Positions 12,565-26,600 of a stretch of 64,000 bases of DNA are shown one piece after another (position 1 is the stretch's first letter; each line of letters starts with the position of its first letter). The stretch covers positions 5,518,001-5,582,000 of the forward strand of contig NC_092674.1 in NCBI RefSeq assembly GCF_964355755.1, given 5' to 3'. Both the position numbers and the translations under genes were made by a program. Origin of the DNA: Antedon mediterranea. Its lineage: Eukaryota; Animalia; Echinodermata. The notes under the pieces are model-generated. The model did not search any database, was not told the origin of the DNA, and worked only from the letters and a program-made list of their open reading frames with translations.

Positions 12565-15500
12565 ATGTTTGTCGTCGTCAACGTTAGCAAGTTGATCACC
12601 TTGTTTGTGACCATAGGTATAATTTATAAAGGTAAGTCTAAAGCTCTGTCCACACTATCAAACTTTGTGATAAAACATCTGACGTGCCCATAGCCTATAG
12701 TATATGGACATGATGATGTCATATCGCTACAATATTTGAGCATATCACCACCATATTTGGGCACGTCACACTCGTTTGATAGTGTAAATGTTTTGTTTAC
12801 AGCATAATTGAAAAGTTGGCCTACAAACCTTCATTTTTCGTTTTTTTTGTATTTATATTCTTAATCTTAACCTGAAAGTATTTATACACTTGGTAATTCC
12901 ATCCAAATATGTCGGAATGATGTTCCGATATCAAGAACCACAATGTGCAGACACTAGATGGACTTCACTCAATATAACCCGTATTTTTATTTTTTAGCCT
13001 ATGGCAGTTGTTCAAATGTACAAGGAGAATCTCTGATACCCAGAGTACATGTGGACTCCCATGGATGGACGATTCTGAATACTGGGAATCCAATAACATG
13101 TGATGGATATGTAACAGCTTGGAGATTCTATCCAACTGCATCTGCAGAATTCTTAGCATTGGTGATGCGTCCACACATAGCTGGTAGCAACCAGTACGTT
13201 GTGGTTGCACGAACCGTAATACCGAAACAACAAGTATTGAATACAGCACGAGAGTTTACGTTACCAGAACCAGATTGGATCTCAGTAAAAAGTGGCGATG
13301 TTATTGGATTCAAATTTGAAACAAGTCTTCTGCCGTTTGATGAAGGGGGTACAACGGTTATATATCACCAAGGGATCAGTCAGAATGATTTGTTAGTCCA
13401 CACTGTTCACACGATCAATGGCGGTTCTAGTATGAGAACATATTCAATTCAAGCTGTTTTAAAGGGTACTGAATATTTTACTGTATATATATTATACAAT
13501 GTTATGTGTAGAAAAATGAGTTTAACAAATGTTTCTACAATACCTCTATCGAAACACAATAACGACGAGTTTAAAAGATTTGATTATTATTTTTTTTCAG
13601 ATTCATATTTACCATGTAACATAATCAAGTGGCCATTCATGAAGATAACTACGAAAAAAACAACAACATTGCAAATATGGATGGACGATTGGAACAAGAT
13701 AAAGTGTCCCGGTACAATCACAGGATGGAGGTATATGGCAAAAGTAACAACGGATATCATTGGCTTAGTTTACAGAGCGGTAGACGCAGACAACAACGTG
13801 TATGAAATCATCGGGAAAACTTTACTTCCAGAAGGAGAGTCTGACGTTGTCGTCGAATTTCCACTTGCACATTCTGATAGAATTGATGTTTTACCTGGGG
13901 ATAAGATTGGCTTTACGTATACAACAACAGCGCGCCTCTACCACCAACATGATTATTCCAATGTGGGGTCGATTTATAAATATACGGCACAGCCATCTGT
14001 CTATGATATTGGGACCCAGATTACGTTCAATGATTACGACACCAGACGTTTTTCGTTTGATGCTGTTTTTGATATTAATGGTAAGTTTAGGTGTAGTGAA
14101 AACTCCATTTACATGAATTTGACCACCAGGCCTATTCCCAGTTTCATTCTACTGTTAGTAAATTACTACATAGATGCCAGAATCTGCAATGGCCCCCCTT
14201 TAATCTAGCTATTTTAATTTTAGATCTCGATAATGCATACAAGTCGACAGTGATCGTAGAGAACCATAAGCTGCAAAACAATGAAATCGCCACTATCACT
14301 GACTGTACTTTGGCTTCCTGTGTCACAAACTGTATCAAGAACCAGCACTGTAAATCAGTCAACTACAACCAAAATACATGTAAATTAAATGACGCTACTA
14401 GTACCGAAGACGAGAGTAATTTTGCTGAGATCGCAGGAGAAAGATACATCGAAATGAGTCCTGTGATCACGGTAAGTTTAATTCAGTGATTACGTAAGTT
14501 AGGAATTTTACTCTGAAAGGTAACATTTTGTTCATTGACGTCTTTATAATGACAAATACCACACGTACAATTATATTATAAGTTTACGGCCTATATAATT
14601 CAGGTCCTATAGTATAAGATAAAACACAATAACTAAATACAGTACATTATCCAAATAAGGTACAAATACAAAATGGCCGAGAAGTGAAGGTGGGAGAGCA
14701 AGATGTATTTAAATGTACATCCGGGAAAACAAAGAAACCAAAATAAGATGCGAATAATGGTCAATCGGGATTGATGACACGTTCACATGCAAATTAGATA
14801 GTGAAGTGATATGAATTTGTACGACTAAACTAAACTACTAAACTAAACTATTTTATATATGCAGTTTCCATTTGAAAGTCGTATACGTTAAACTTGTAAA
14901 CAATTTACCTTAACACCGTTTGAACGCGAATATTACCGTACTCTGTGTGTGTGTGTGTCATGCATTCCTGATTGAATTTACTAATGATTAATAATTTGTT
15001 TTCGTAGAAAGCTGAAAGCACATGCGCATTTGTTGACTGTGGGTCTGGAAACATTTGTATCGATGTTCCTGGTACTGTGAGACGCCATCTTTGTTTATGT
15101 TCTGCAACTGGATATCTAGCTGACCAGTGTCCGTCAGCAGGTAAGATCATTGCGTTCGTGAAAATGTTGAGTGGGTTTTCACAGTATACTTACAGCAGTT
15201 CGTGTGAGTAGTGGTTGTCTGATCCAATTTTATCAGATCCTAACTTATATACTGTATTGTTTTTGCTTTGCTACTGTAGAATGTCTTGAACCTCTTGGAA
15301 TGGAGTCTGGTGATATTGTTGATAATCAATTAAGTGCAAGTTCTATGTGGTCAGATCGAGAAGACCACGGTCCAAAATGTGCAAGATTAAATGCAGTACC
15401 AACATCTTCTTGCGTGCCTTGTTGGGTTCCACATGATTCAGATATCAACAGTTGGATTCAAATACATTTGATGGTGGAGCACAACATTACTGGTATCCAA

Positions 15501-18500
15501 ACGCAGGGGAGACATAGTCAACATTTCCAATGGGTGAAAACCTACACAATAAGTTACATCAAAGTGAACCAAGTTGGAGAAACGTTCATCTCTAATGGTC
15601 ATGGAAATCAGAAGGTATAAACAAACAAATTCTTATAAGAAGTAATAACAGCGACTAATTGTTGATAAAAAGAACAATACAAACAATTTATTTCACTATT
15701 ACTTGTTTATCGTCGATAAATAAATAAAATTATGAACTGACTTTAATTTGGCACAAACCTAAAGTTGAAATTTGGTGTTACGTCGTGAACAAACATATTG
15801 CTTCACTGTTCAGAACCTCGCTTGAGTATATTCGCACATTAGTCACATGTATACAGCTGAACTCTCGGTATACATGTATTCCACATGTTTTCATTATTGT
15901 TATATATATTATAGGCCTATAATACGACATTTATATAGAGCTATTTCATAAAGGTAAGAAATATCATCATTATGTAAGTAATGGCGGCAATGCTTTCCCG
16001 AGATTCGACGAATTGCTTATTCTTACGCAAGATCGTTCTTTACCTAAATATTTGGTATATTTCATTGCATTTGTATACAGATTTTTGATGGTAATTGGGA
16101 CCAAACTAGCGTACGAACACATTATTTTAACCCAGTAATACAAGGTGTAGCTATCAGGATTTACCCTAAAAGCTTCTATGAACACCGCAGTTTACGAGCT
16201 GAAGTTTTAGGCTGTAGAATAGGTAAGTTACTATTACTTACGTATTGCTATTATACAAAGAGACAATCTTCGAGTTTTATGAGATAAAGTGTCGTTACTA
16301 ATACGTATAATATAGTACATAGTTTAGTACATAGGCCTATAAATGTTATATAGTGTGGAATTGGCAAATATTGTATTTGCATTTGATATCGCAGTTTACG
16401 AGATAATATTGAAAGTTGTATAGCTGAGGTGATTTAGCCTAGTTTGCAATTAACTTTACCAAGTTTTTGTTTGCAAACTTGTTTTTAATCGAGTTTGCAA
16501 ACTAAAGTTTGCCAATGTAGACTTCTGCAAACTTGTTGTCTGCAACTGGTCTACACTAGCAAACTTTAACAAACTTGTAGTTTGCTCGAGTTTGGTGATA
16601 TTGTTGATGGTCAATTAAGTGCAAGTTCTATGTGGTCAGATCAAGAAAACCACGGTCCAAAATAAGTTTACAAACAACATTTTGCCAATGTAGACTTATT
16701 ATCCCATGTATAAAAAAAAATTCAGCTGTTACTTTTTGCTAAATTTTTATTCATCCTAACATTCTGTCTACAATTTTGGATAGAGCATGAGAACCTTATA
16801 AAGTTTACACATTTATGTCTTCTATCCATTCTCACGACGGAAATGTTGTTTTATAGCGTTCATTTATTTATTTACTGTTCTGCACAGGAAATGAATGGGT
16901 TCGAGTGTTTAAGGGTGTATCTATGACTGGAGTTAGCATTTACAACGCTTGGCAAACTGGATCAGGAACATCAAGCTACCATGCTCATCAATTTCTCATC
17001 AGTGATACATTTTACAGAAACAATGCAATATTTGATAACTGGTCAACATTAAATATTCAACAGGTAGACGTCACTATTATTAATTATAACCTAATCAAGT
17101 ATCTTTATCTAATTGTTACATAGTATCGATCAAAATTCTCCGAGTAAGTCGCTATTATTACACTATTTACTAACACATAAATCAATCGAGTTTGATAAAT
17201 AATGTTCAAATTATTTTATGTTACAGGTAAAACTGACAGCATTCTCAGCATTTCACGAGGAGTTGTTTTCTATCACTTTTGATGGTGTTGGTTCTACTAC
17301 TAGCTCTTGGTTTTCAAAGGACAGAGTTCAAAGTTCACCTTGGGAGGACATGGAAGCTGCTTCCTCTAATGTATTTTCAATAGATGGACTTCATAATCGG
17401 TGTGTACATTTATTTAACAAAACTAAAATAAGTATAACAAATAAGGTCACATTTTAATGTCAACTTTTTTTAGGTATGTTTGGTCTCCTAAAGTGTTCTT
17501 CTCGAATAGGAATATCCCAACAGCAGAGTTTACTAGTTCTAATGGAAAGAAATGATGAGCTTAGTAAATAATAAGTCAGAAGGTAAACAATAATAATCTA
17601 TACAATAAGCTATCGATCAATCAATCAATGTATATAATCTAAATTGTAGGCCATTTTTTATGAGTAACTATTACAATGGTTGCGGAGGTGATAAAGGATG
17701 GTTCGCAGTTTTGGAAAGCAGCGATTGTAAAGAATGGGATGGTTATGACACCAATCCAAGAATTATATACAGTCGGACAAAATCAGCAGAGATATGGGCT
17801 ACTGGACGTAAGTTAATCTAGTAGTAGATCAAATTATATATTGGTTGCCGTAAAAAAAATTTAACATTCATATACTGGAAGTAATTATAATGTTTAAATG
17901 TTTATGGGCCTTGATTCAAATTTTAAAAATCCAATGGTCCCCCACTTGACAATGATTTAGGTCACGTTTGCGGTAGTCTTTCTTGTTTAGTTTGCAAGGG
18001 TTTTTGTCTGTCTACACTATCCAGACTAAACTAGATTGACAATTCAAAAATGTGTGATGTGCCCAAATATGGTGTTGATATGCCTAAATATGGTAGTGAT
18101 ATGACATCATCATGTCTATATATGAGCACATCACATTTTTTTTGTCACTTAAATTTTGATAGTGTAGACAGAGCTTTAAGAAATTAAATTATGTTTTCTG
18201 TGTGCCAGTATTTTTTTTAAATAACGTATGCGCATAGACCATTTGGCGGTCACTAAAGTTTGTAACTGTAACAAATCAAGAAGAATTTAATAACGTCAAG
18301 GAAAAATACAAATACATCACGTCTTCTTTTATAAATAAATTCAGAAAATAGGAGTTTGTACCGGTTGGAGTCGTGGAAAATGTAGCATTGTGCCAACCAT
18401 CAACATTTAGGATGTGGTGGTACAGTAGTACAGAGACCCACGATGCGACCAGGTTAACCATTGGGAAATATATCTCGTCCCATCTGCCCTATAATCAATC

Positions 18501-19302
18501 AATCAATCAATAATACATTTATTTCTCAAAAACAAAATACAGTTAACATTTTCTAAAATAGTAGATAATAAATGAGAAAAGGGGTACCCCACTGGAAGCT
18601 TAAGCTTTAAAATGTGGGGTCCCGGCAACATATTTAAGAAAATTAGGGTCAGCACCGACGTATCATTTCAACTTCGACATAGTCAACTTTGTAGGCCTAG
18701 GCTTGCTTATGTAAGGTGTCTTTGAAATCCCAGCACCAACAATTCCGAATACAATCTCAATCAGTTCTGAATACATATATCCAACGACGTCGAGTCCCCA
18801 CGAAAATAATCAATCCACCCGGCGAAAACAATCATGGCCAGACCAACAAAACCACCTCTCATCACTAGTACCGTAAGTATAGGCGTACAGTGTCAACGGT
18901 TACCGACTCATAATAACAAACACCATAATATATTTCAAAACTTGTTATGCTTAGACAATAAATACGCTACACATTTTACTCGGTACCGTTCACTTTATTC
19001 ATTCATTGTGCACAACCTCCTGCCCGGAACTCCCTCACTTTACAAATACCTCGTCTATTTAAACTAACCCACAGGTGGAAAATATGCAAATAAGTCATTG
19101 CGTACCACTAAAGACGTCACAATAGTAGTCTCACGTACGAGTTGCATTTAAAATAAATTACTCCGAACAAAGACACTGAAATAATTTTTAAAAATGCGTA
19201 TTAAAGTAAATATCAAATGCCATAAGTTAATACTTACTTAAATTAATTGATATTTCAGATATTGGTACTGCTCGAGCAATGACAATCGATGTAGTATTTT
19301 AA
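12565..19302 (+). CDS. Paralogue 1: secreted mosaic protein (signal, 2x unknown domain, PAN/apple, EGF, F5/8C discoidin, unknown C-terminal domain), ~807 aa, 11 exons
   Basis: Exons 12565-12631, 12998-13465, 13601-14080, 14224-14471, 15008-15140, 15280-15614, 16081-16222, 16888-17063, 17227-17399, 17650-17807, 19259-19302; all GT-AG, 2424 nt, open to TAA. Motifs: CVTNCIKNQHCKSVNY (PAN), 6-Cys EGF, CLEPLGMESG...ITGIQTQGR...LRAEVLGC (F5/8C). Confidence 0.88.
12640..12786. mobile_element. MITE family A copy in intron 1 of paralogue 1
   Basis: AAGCTCTGTCCACACTATCAAACT...TTTGATAGTGTA, same interior as 4968-5112; right end truncated. Confidence 0.7.
16593..16663 (+). pseudogene. 71-bp orphan fragment of the F5/8C exon inserted in intron 7 of paralogue 1
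   Basis: TGGTGATATTGTTGATGGTCAATTAAGTGCAAGTTCTATGTGGTCAGATCAAGAAAACCACGGTCCAAAAT aligns without gaps to exon 6; absent at the homologous intron position of paralogue 3 (~36735). Confidence 0.9.
18008..18178. mobile_element. MITE family A copy
   Basis: TCTGTCTACACTAT...TTTGATAGTGTAGACAGAGCTTTA. Confidence 0.7.
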
Positions 19303-19596
19303 GTTGTGATCAACAACACGACATGAACCTTTTAATGGTGTGACGGCGTAAGCAGTGAGCGGTAACAACGTAAACCGGAAATATGCAATCCAAAGATGGA
19401 TAATCAATGAACAAAAACAACTATTACTTTATATTTATTTGCAATAATAATTAATAAAAAATAATTTCTTATACATTGTTATTATAATGGATGGTTGTAG
19501 CTGAACTTTAAATTTGAAAACACACCAAATTATTGGTTGAAATTAATTAAATTATAAGTTTTGGTTTTTTTTTTTTATATTACTAACAAGGCCATA

Positions 19597-20631
19597 TACA
19601 TGGCTGCAGTCGCGTGCTTAAGTTAGTGTTTACCGACCGACCGTAGCTGTAGAGCTGTAGAGTCGCGTTGCACGCGACTAAAAATAAATTCATTTCATAA
19701 TATTCATTAACTTAACGTATACACAGTACATCTCTTGGAATGTTAAGTTAGAAACATATTTTCATACATTTATGATAAAATGATGAAATTACTGTTTTAA
19801 AAATGTCAACTCCCTGGAGTACTATAAAAAATGCTGTTCTGAAAAGAATTCGGTTGAGGGGAAATGGCTCTCTCTCGGGAATTTGGTACTAAGAGGGTTT
19901 TAACACATTCAATTAGCGTATTAATTTCTTATGAGTATTTATTTTCTTAAACATATTCATTTCCTAACATAATAAGTTAATACACAGGCATATTAGAAAT
20001 AAGAAATAATCTCTATGGTTACATCAGTACTTTGGAAATATAGATTAGCATCAACTTTATTGATTATTATGAATACCTCATCTGATACATTATTAATTAG
20101 AGTATAGCAATATCTATATCTATAAATATAAAAATCAATTCGAATCGATAATAATCGGGGTGAAAATGACTGCTGCCATTTACATGGCTGCAGTCGCGTG
20201 CTCAAGTTAGTGTTTACCGACCAACCGACATAGTGAGCTGTAGGCCCTAAAGTCACGTTGCACGCGACTAAAAATATATTCATTTCATAATATTTATTAA
20301 CTTAACGTATACACAGACATCTCTTGGAATGTTAAGTTCTTAACACATTCAATTAGCGTATTAATTTCTTATGAGTATTTATTTTCTTAAACATATTCAT
20401 TTCCTAACATAATAAGTCAATACACAGGCATGTTAGATCATAAAAAATAATCTCTATGGTTACATCAGTACTTTGGAAATATAGATTAGTATCAACTTTA
20501 TTGATTATTATGAATACCTCATCTGATACATTATTAATTAGAGTATAGCAATATCTATATCTATAAATATAAAAATCAATTCGAATCGATAATAATCGAT
20601 AATAATCGATAATAATCGGGGTGAAAATGAC
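19597..20631. repeat. Local tandem duplication upstream of paralogue 2
   Basis: 19597-20170 recurs at 20181-20631 with an internal deletion of roughly 150 bp. Confidence 0.85.
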
Positions 20632-20698
20632 GCATTATTGATTTATATTATAGTCACATTTAAGAATTCGAACGTTAGTCTCTTCGGTATTCTTAAAA

Positions 20699-23600
20699 AT
20701 GTTTGTCGTCGTAATCAACGTCAGCAAATTGGTCATCTTGGTGCTGACCATAAGCTTAATTTGTACGGGTAAGTCTGTTTTCTATTTTGGGATTGTTTGT
20801 ACTGTGTACTAGGAAAAAGGAAAATATCATGACATTTGGTTAGGATGCCAGGGGAAATAATTGGTTGTTGTGGTCTATCCCGTACTATTTACAAAGTCGT
20901 GTCGGACTATTTTGGATGTTACGGACCAAACCAATCCACTTCGAAATGATTGGTTCCGTTGAATGGTAGAATAGTTGAGTTATTGCGCGACATATAACAA
21001 CTTTGTTCTTCCTTCTTTGATGAGAGATTATATTTTAAACTACATAAGATGCCTGTTTTCTCATATTAATTATTATAGAAGTATGACTCTAATGTTATTT
21101 ACATTTTTGAAAAATAAAGGAATTCTGCGTTGTAATGTGGTAGTAATAATGTTATCGTGTCATTAAATAAGAAAGCTCCAACATTAAGGCTATATAGTCT
21201 TGTATATAAGTTCTTGCATAGTTTAGATTCTAGATTATCGTGTTTCGAATTAATATTATTAGCAAAAAGATAAATATTTTAGCACATATGGCGTTTCATA
21301 CATATAAGACTTAAAATACACAAATCGAAACACCGACAGGTGGAAAATAAAAAAAAGATGAATAAATACAGACTTAAAAGCAAGTTGTTGCACTACTACA
21401 ATCTTAAATATCTGTTTTTCGGTTTTAAGCGGGACTAGAAAACATTTTTAATAATAATTTAATAATTTACAATCTTGTGATTATTCTGGAGTTTGTCATT
21501 CAGTTTGTGGTTTAGTTTAGAGATAGTTCTACTCTAAGCTTTAACCACTAGTCATTTTTTTTACAGTCATCATGATCGCCGTTTTGTTTACTGTGTAATA
21601 ACAAGATTAAAGCATAGTCGGTTTTTTTCTTACTGGAAAAAAGGTTTTATTTTTTTCAATTTTAACTATGAAATCATTTGTACATGATTTGTCGACCAAG
21701 AACCGATATCTACAACCTGACTATTATAAAATACACATTATCATAGTTTAATATTTTATTTTTAGCCTATGGCAGTAGTTGTCCTAAGGTACATGGAGGA
21801 GCTCTAACATCTAGATCTTTGTCGAATTCCCCTGGATGGACGATGTTGAATACTGGGAATCCAATAACATGTGATGGATATGTAACAGCTTGGAGATTCT
21901 ATCCAACTGCGTCTGCAGAATTCTTAACATTGGTGATGCGTCCTCACATAGCTGGTAGCAGCCAGTACGTTGTGGTTGGACGAACCGTAATACCGAAACA
22001 ACAAGTATTGAATACAGAACGAGAGTTTACGCTATCAGAACCAGATTGGATCTCCGTAAAAAGTGGCGATGTTATTGGATTCAAATTTGAAACAAGTCTT
22101 CTGCTGTTTGATGATGGAGGTACAACGGTTATATATCGCCACGGGATCAGTCAGAATGATTTGTTAGTCCACACGGTTCACACGATCAATGGCGGTTCTT
22201 ATATGAGAACATATTCATTTCAAGCTGTTTTAAAAAGTAACACTTGGTTTTTGTATAGGACCGAAAAGAAATATTACGTCAGCAATAGGCTGCTCATATA
22301 CACTTTAATGCAACGCAAGGACGTAAGCCACAACGCAGGTGAATTGACCAATCACAATGAACGGTTCTAATACTCCAGCGATTGGATTGGTCAATGCACT
22401 TGCTTACGTTCATGCGTTGCGTTCTAGTGGGAACTAAGCTTAAGAGACGGTTTGTTTAGTGGTTTTAGCCGAAGATAAGATGGCCACAATGGGTATAAAT
22501 TCGAAAATCTGAATTTCAACTTATTTAATTAAATTGGGGTTTTTTTCGCAAATAGACGTCTAGGCCTATAGCAACAACGAATTTAAATTTTGTCAAGTTG
22601 TGTTGTATATATTTTTGTACATAAGTGGTCAAGAAATAACACAAAGTAACCAATATGTACTAGATACTATGTATGGATGGAAGATTTGTTGGCGAGTGGT
22701 ATAATAGTTGTCATCTCTATCATTTTTAGAAAACCATGGGTAGGAAAACTTTTTATCCTAACCCCTTAGAAAGAATATTTATTGTTTTTTAAACCAGTCC
22801 ATATTTTCGACAATATACAGTTGTAATTTTTTCGTCGATTTACCACTAGACAAATTTGTTCGCGCAAATCGAAAGCGTCAGCTTATACGCATGCGTATCC
22901 ATATTTCCATCTTCCAAGTCACTCTCCACGCACTCTCCACGTACGTATAAGCTGACGCTTTCGATTCATGGGAACAAATTCGCTTAGTAGAGAATAAGCT
23001 CGATTGTGCTATTTTTTTTAGATTCCTATCTACCATGTAATATAATCAACTGGCCGATTATGAAGAAGACGACGTTAGAATTAAGTAATTCGTTACTTTG
23101 GATGGACGATTGGAACAAAATTAAGTGTGCCGGAACAGTCACTGGTTGGAGGTATATAACTAGTGGATCAGCAGATATCATCGGTTTAGTTTTCAGAGCG
23201 GTGGACGCAGACAACAACGTGTATGAAATAATTGGAAAAACAATCATCAGTCCATCAGAAGACCAGGTTGGCGTTCTTGTCAAATCTTTACTTGCATATT
23301 CTGATCGAATACAGGTTTTACCTGGGGATAAAATTGGTTTTACGTACACCGGTTCTTCCGTCTATGTGAAAACAGACTGGTCAAATGCAGGTTCATTATA
23401 TAAAAGTATACCTCAACCTGCTGTATATGATATCGGAACAGAAATAACATTCATAGGATTCCAAGTAAGACAATATACATTTGAAGCAGTTTTAGATGAT
23501 CAAGGTAAGTGTATAGAAATGTTGAAACTTTTATATTAATTTGTATGAAATATTCATTATAATTGTTTGATTGGAGACCCCATCTGTAGCTAACGTTAAC

Positions 23601-26600
23601 GTTTTACTTTTATAAACAAAACGCTTGCTTTTTTGACACGATAGCGTCCGCGATATTGTAAGTTAACGTTTTAAGTTTGTTTTGTTATACCATATACTAT
23701 GATTTATGATACTTGAGTTCTGTATCTTCAATAAGAAATAATAGTATTAGTGTATTGAATTTCAGTTTGTTTATTTATTGCACGATTGTTTATCTTAAAT
23801 TGTATTGAATCATTGAATTGTATTTATTTTTAATAGATGCACTTCTCCAAATAAATAAGGAAGATCATACTACTCTTGGTAAACAAATCGGGTGTTTTTT
23901 TTTCAGAATCGAACAGTGCATATGAGTCTACGATTATAGAAGACTACCAACTCCAAAACAACGAAATTGCCACTATCTCTGACTGTACTCTGACTTCCTG
24001 TGTCACAAACTGTATCAAGAACCAACAATGTAAATCAGTCAACTACAACCAAAATACATGTAAATTAAATGACGCTACTCGAACGGAAGACGAGAGTAAT
24101 TTTGCCGAGATCGCAGGAGAAAGATACATCGAAATGAGTCATAAGATGGCGGTAAGTAACTATATTGAAGGGTTAAGGGCCTGAGTTAAAGTATTAGATG
24201 AGAAACAAGAACTAAATATCATAACATACAAAAATGGGCAGATAAGTGGATTGGAAGACCGAGAAAATGTTTAATTTTCTGGCTTTTTTTGTGCATATTT
24301 TAACTAAAAACAGTATAAAGTAATGTTTATAGTATTTTTGATGTTCTTATATGTTGCTTTTAAAATATTGTATTTCTGTGGTATTTCATGTCTGTTTTTA
24401 AATATTTATTGTTTTAAAATAAAATATCTTAAGTAGGTTGAAATATTTTTATATAGTAATAATTTTATTAATATACATTTTAGAATTCAATGTTGAAAAT
24501 TTACTAATATTATTTTCATTTTAAATTGGCACATAAAATTAAATCTTGAATTTTGAAATATATCTGAGAAACCATGAGAACGAAAACAAAACCTTACTAT
24601 TCATGTTATTTATTAAATTATATTTATTATAGCGCTAGAAAAAGATGTTACATGAATTATCCGTTGTATCTATCTATTGTCTATTTATGTTAGTATTCTC
24701 TTGAATTTTTTTCGTAACTACTAGATGTGATTCCAGCAGTAGTATAGGTATGACACGCTATGTGCGCCTTTTATAAATTTTAAGAAGCCGAATCGCCGTC
24801 TAGAACTTGGACTATGGCATCATAGATTTAACGTTTGTTGGCTCAATAATAGCGAATGTGATTTCTCTTTATAGAACTCGGTGAGTCATTGTGCATTTGT
24901 TGACTGTGGGCCTGGAAACATTTGTATCGATATTCCTGGTATCGTAAGACGCCATCTTTGTTTATGTTCAGAAACTGGATATCTAGCTGAACAGTGTCCG
25001 TCAGCAGGTATAATTATTGGTACCCTACATTACGTTGTTAATATCATTTTTTTTATATCTTGTTCATAATTTAGTTTAAGTTTCTTTGTACTGTAAATAG
25101 GCCTATTGTTAAATCATTTTTTTCTCTAACTTTTATTTTACTTACTCTGGACGCACCTTCATTAGAGAAGTGTGCCACTGTTTCAAAAATGCAGCTTCAA
25201 AATAAATTATATTATTATTATTATATAAGAAAATAGACAACTAATACATATATCAGAATACTTAGCAAACACAGGTTTACAACAAGTTGTTAATAGGTTT
25301 TGTTTTAAGTACACTTTTAAGGAGGAGGTGAAATACCCGTTTTCATTTTCCTTGTAGAATGTCTTGAACCTCTTGGAGTGGAGTCTGGTGATATTTTTGA
25401 TGGTCAATTAAGCGCCAGTTCTGTGTGGTCAGGAGCAGCAAACCACGGTCCAAAATGTGGCAGATTGAATGGAGTTAATACAGCAGGGGTGTGTATAGGA
25501 GCTTGGGCTGCTGCTATTTCGGATACAAACATGTGGTTTCAAATACATTTAATGGTTGAACATAGTTTTACTGGTATCCAAACGCAGGGTAGACAAGACT
25601 TGGACCAATGGATGAAAACATTTACAATAAGTTACATCAAAGTTAACCAAGTTGGAGAACATTTCATCTGTAATAGTGACGGTGATCCCAAGGTATAACT
25701 TATTGTTATTGTATATACCACTTGAAAAAATGCTTGCAAAGCATGGATCTATCACTTACTTCGTTTGTTTATATGGATGACTTTTTTTCCAAATGGATAT
25801 ACCAACGTCACTATAAAGCTTATTGATCTCGAGTTAGCTTTAATGGGCCCTCTATTGCTTTGCCAAGAAATTTGCTCAGCTCAGTGTCTTTGTATGGCAC
25901 ACATCAAATTTCCACTATGACATAGATTTCAAAAGTTTCTTTTTTCAAATTTTCATGACAACTATCACAATGGTTAAGCTCCGTTTACACTAGGAAGATA
26001 ACGATCAACGATAAATATGCATTTTTCATACATAAAACAAAAGAAATCTAACAAGTTTTTATCATATAACTATAGGATAACCATCTAGCTTCCTTTGATG
26101 AAAATGATATTTTCACACAACCAATCAAATGACGTCATAATTGATGAACTCATGGCTTTATAAAACAATACTTAAATAATCACGCACTTTTGGAACGTGT
26201 AAATTCCATTAATACTTCATTTGAAAAGAAAGAATTCTTATTAAGTACATTTATTAATTTATCTAAGGCGTCATAAAATACTACTTTCTAAACTTTTTCG
26301 TTAAGGTATTAGAGCTATCTCTTATGACTGGTTCACAAGTTACCTCAGCGGACGCAAACAATATGTTCTGATTGGTACATTTAAATTATCGACGATGGAG
26401 ATAACATGTAGAGTACCACAGGGATATGTTCTTGGTCCGTTACTGTTCTTGATATACGTTAATGATTTACCTCGCGTTAGTGATACTCTACATGTTGTTT
26501 CCTTCGCCGGTGATGCTACACTATTTTATTCAAATAATAATATTGTTAATTTGTATAATAACTTTAATAGAGAATTATGAGTGAGTGAGTGGCCGAGCGG

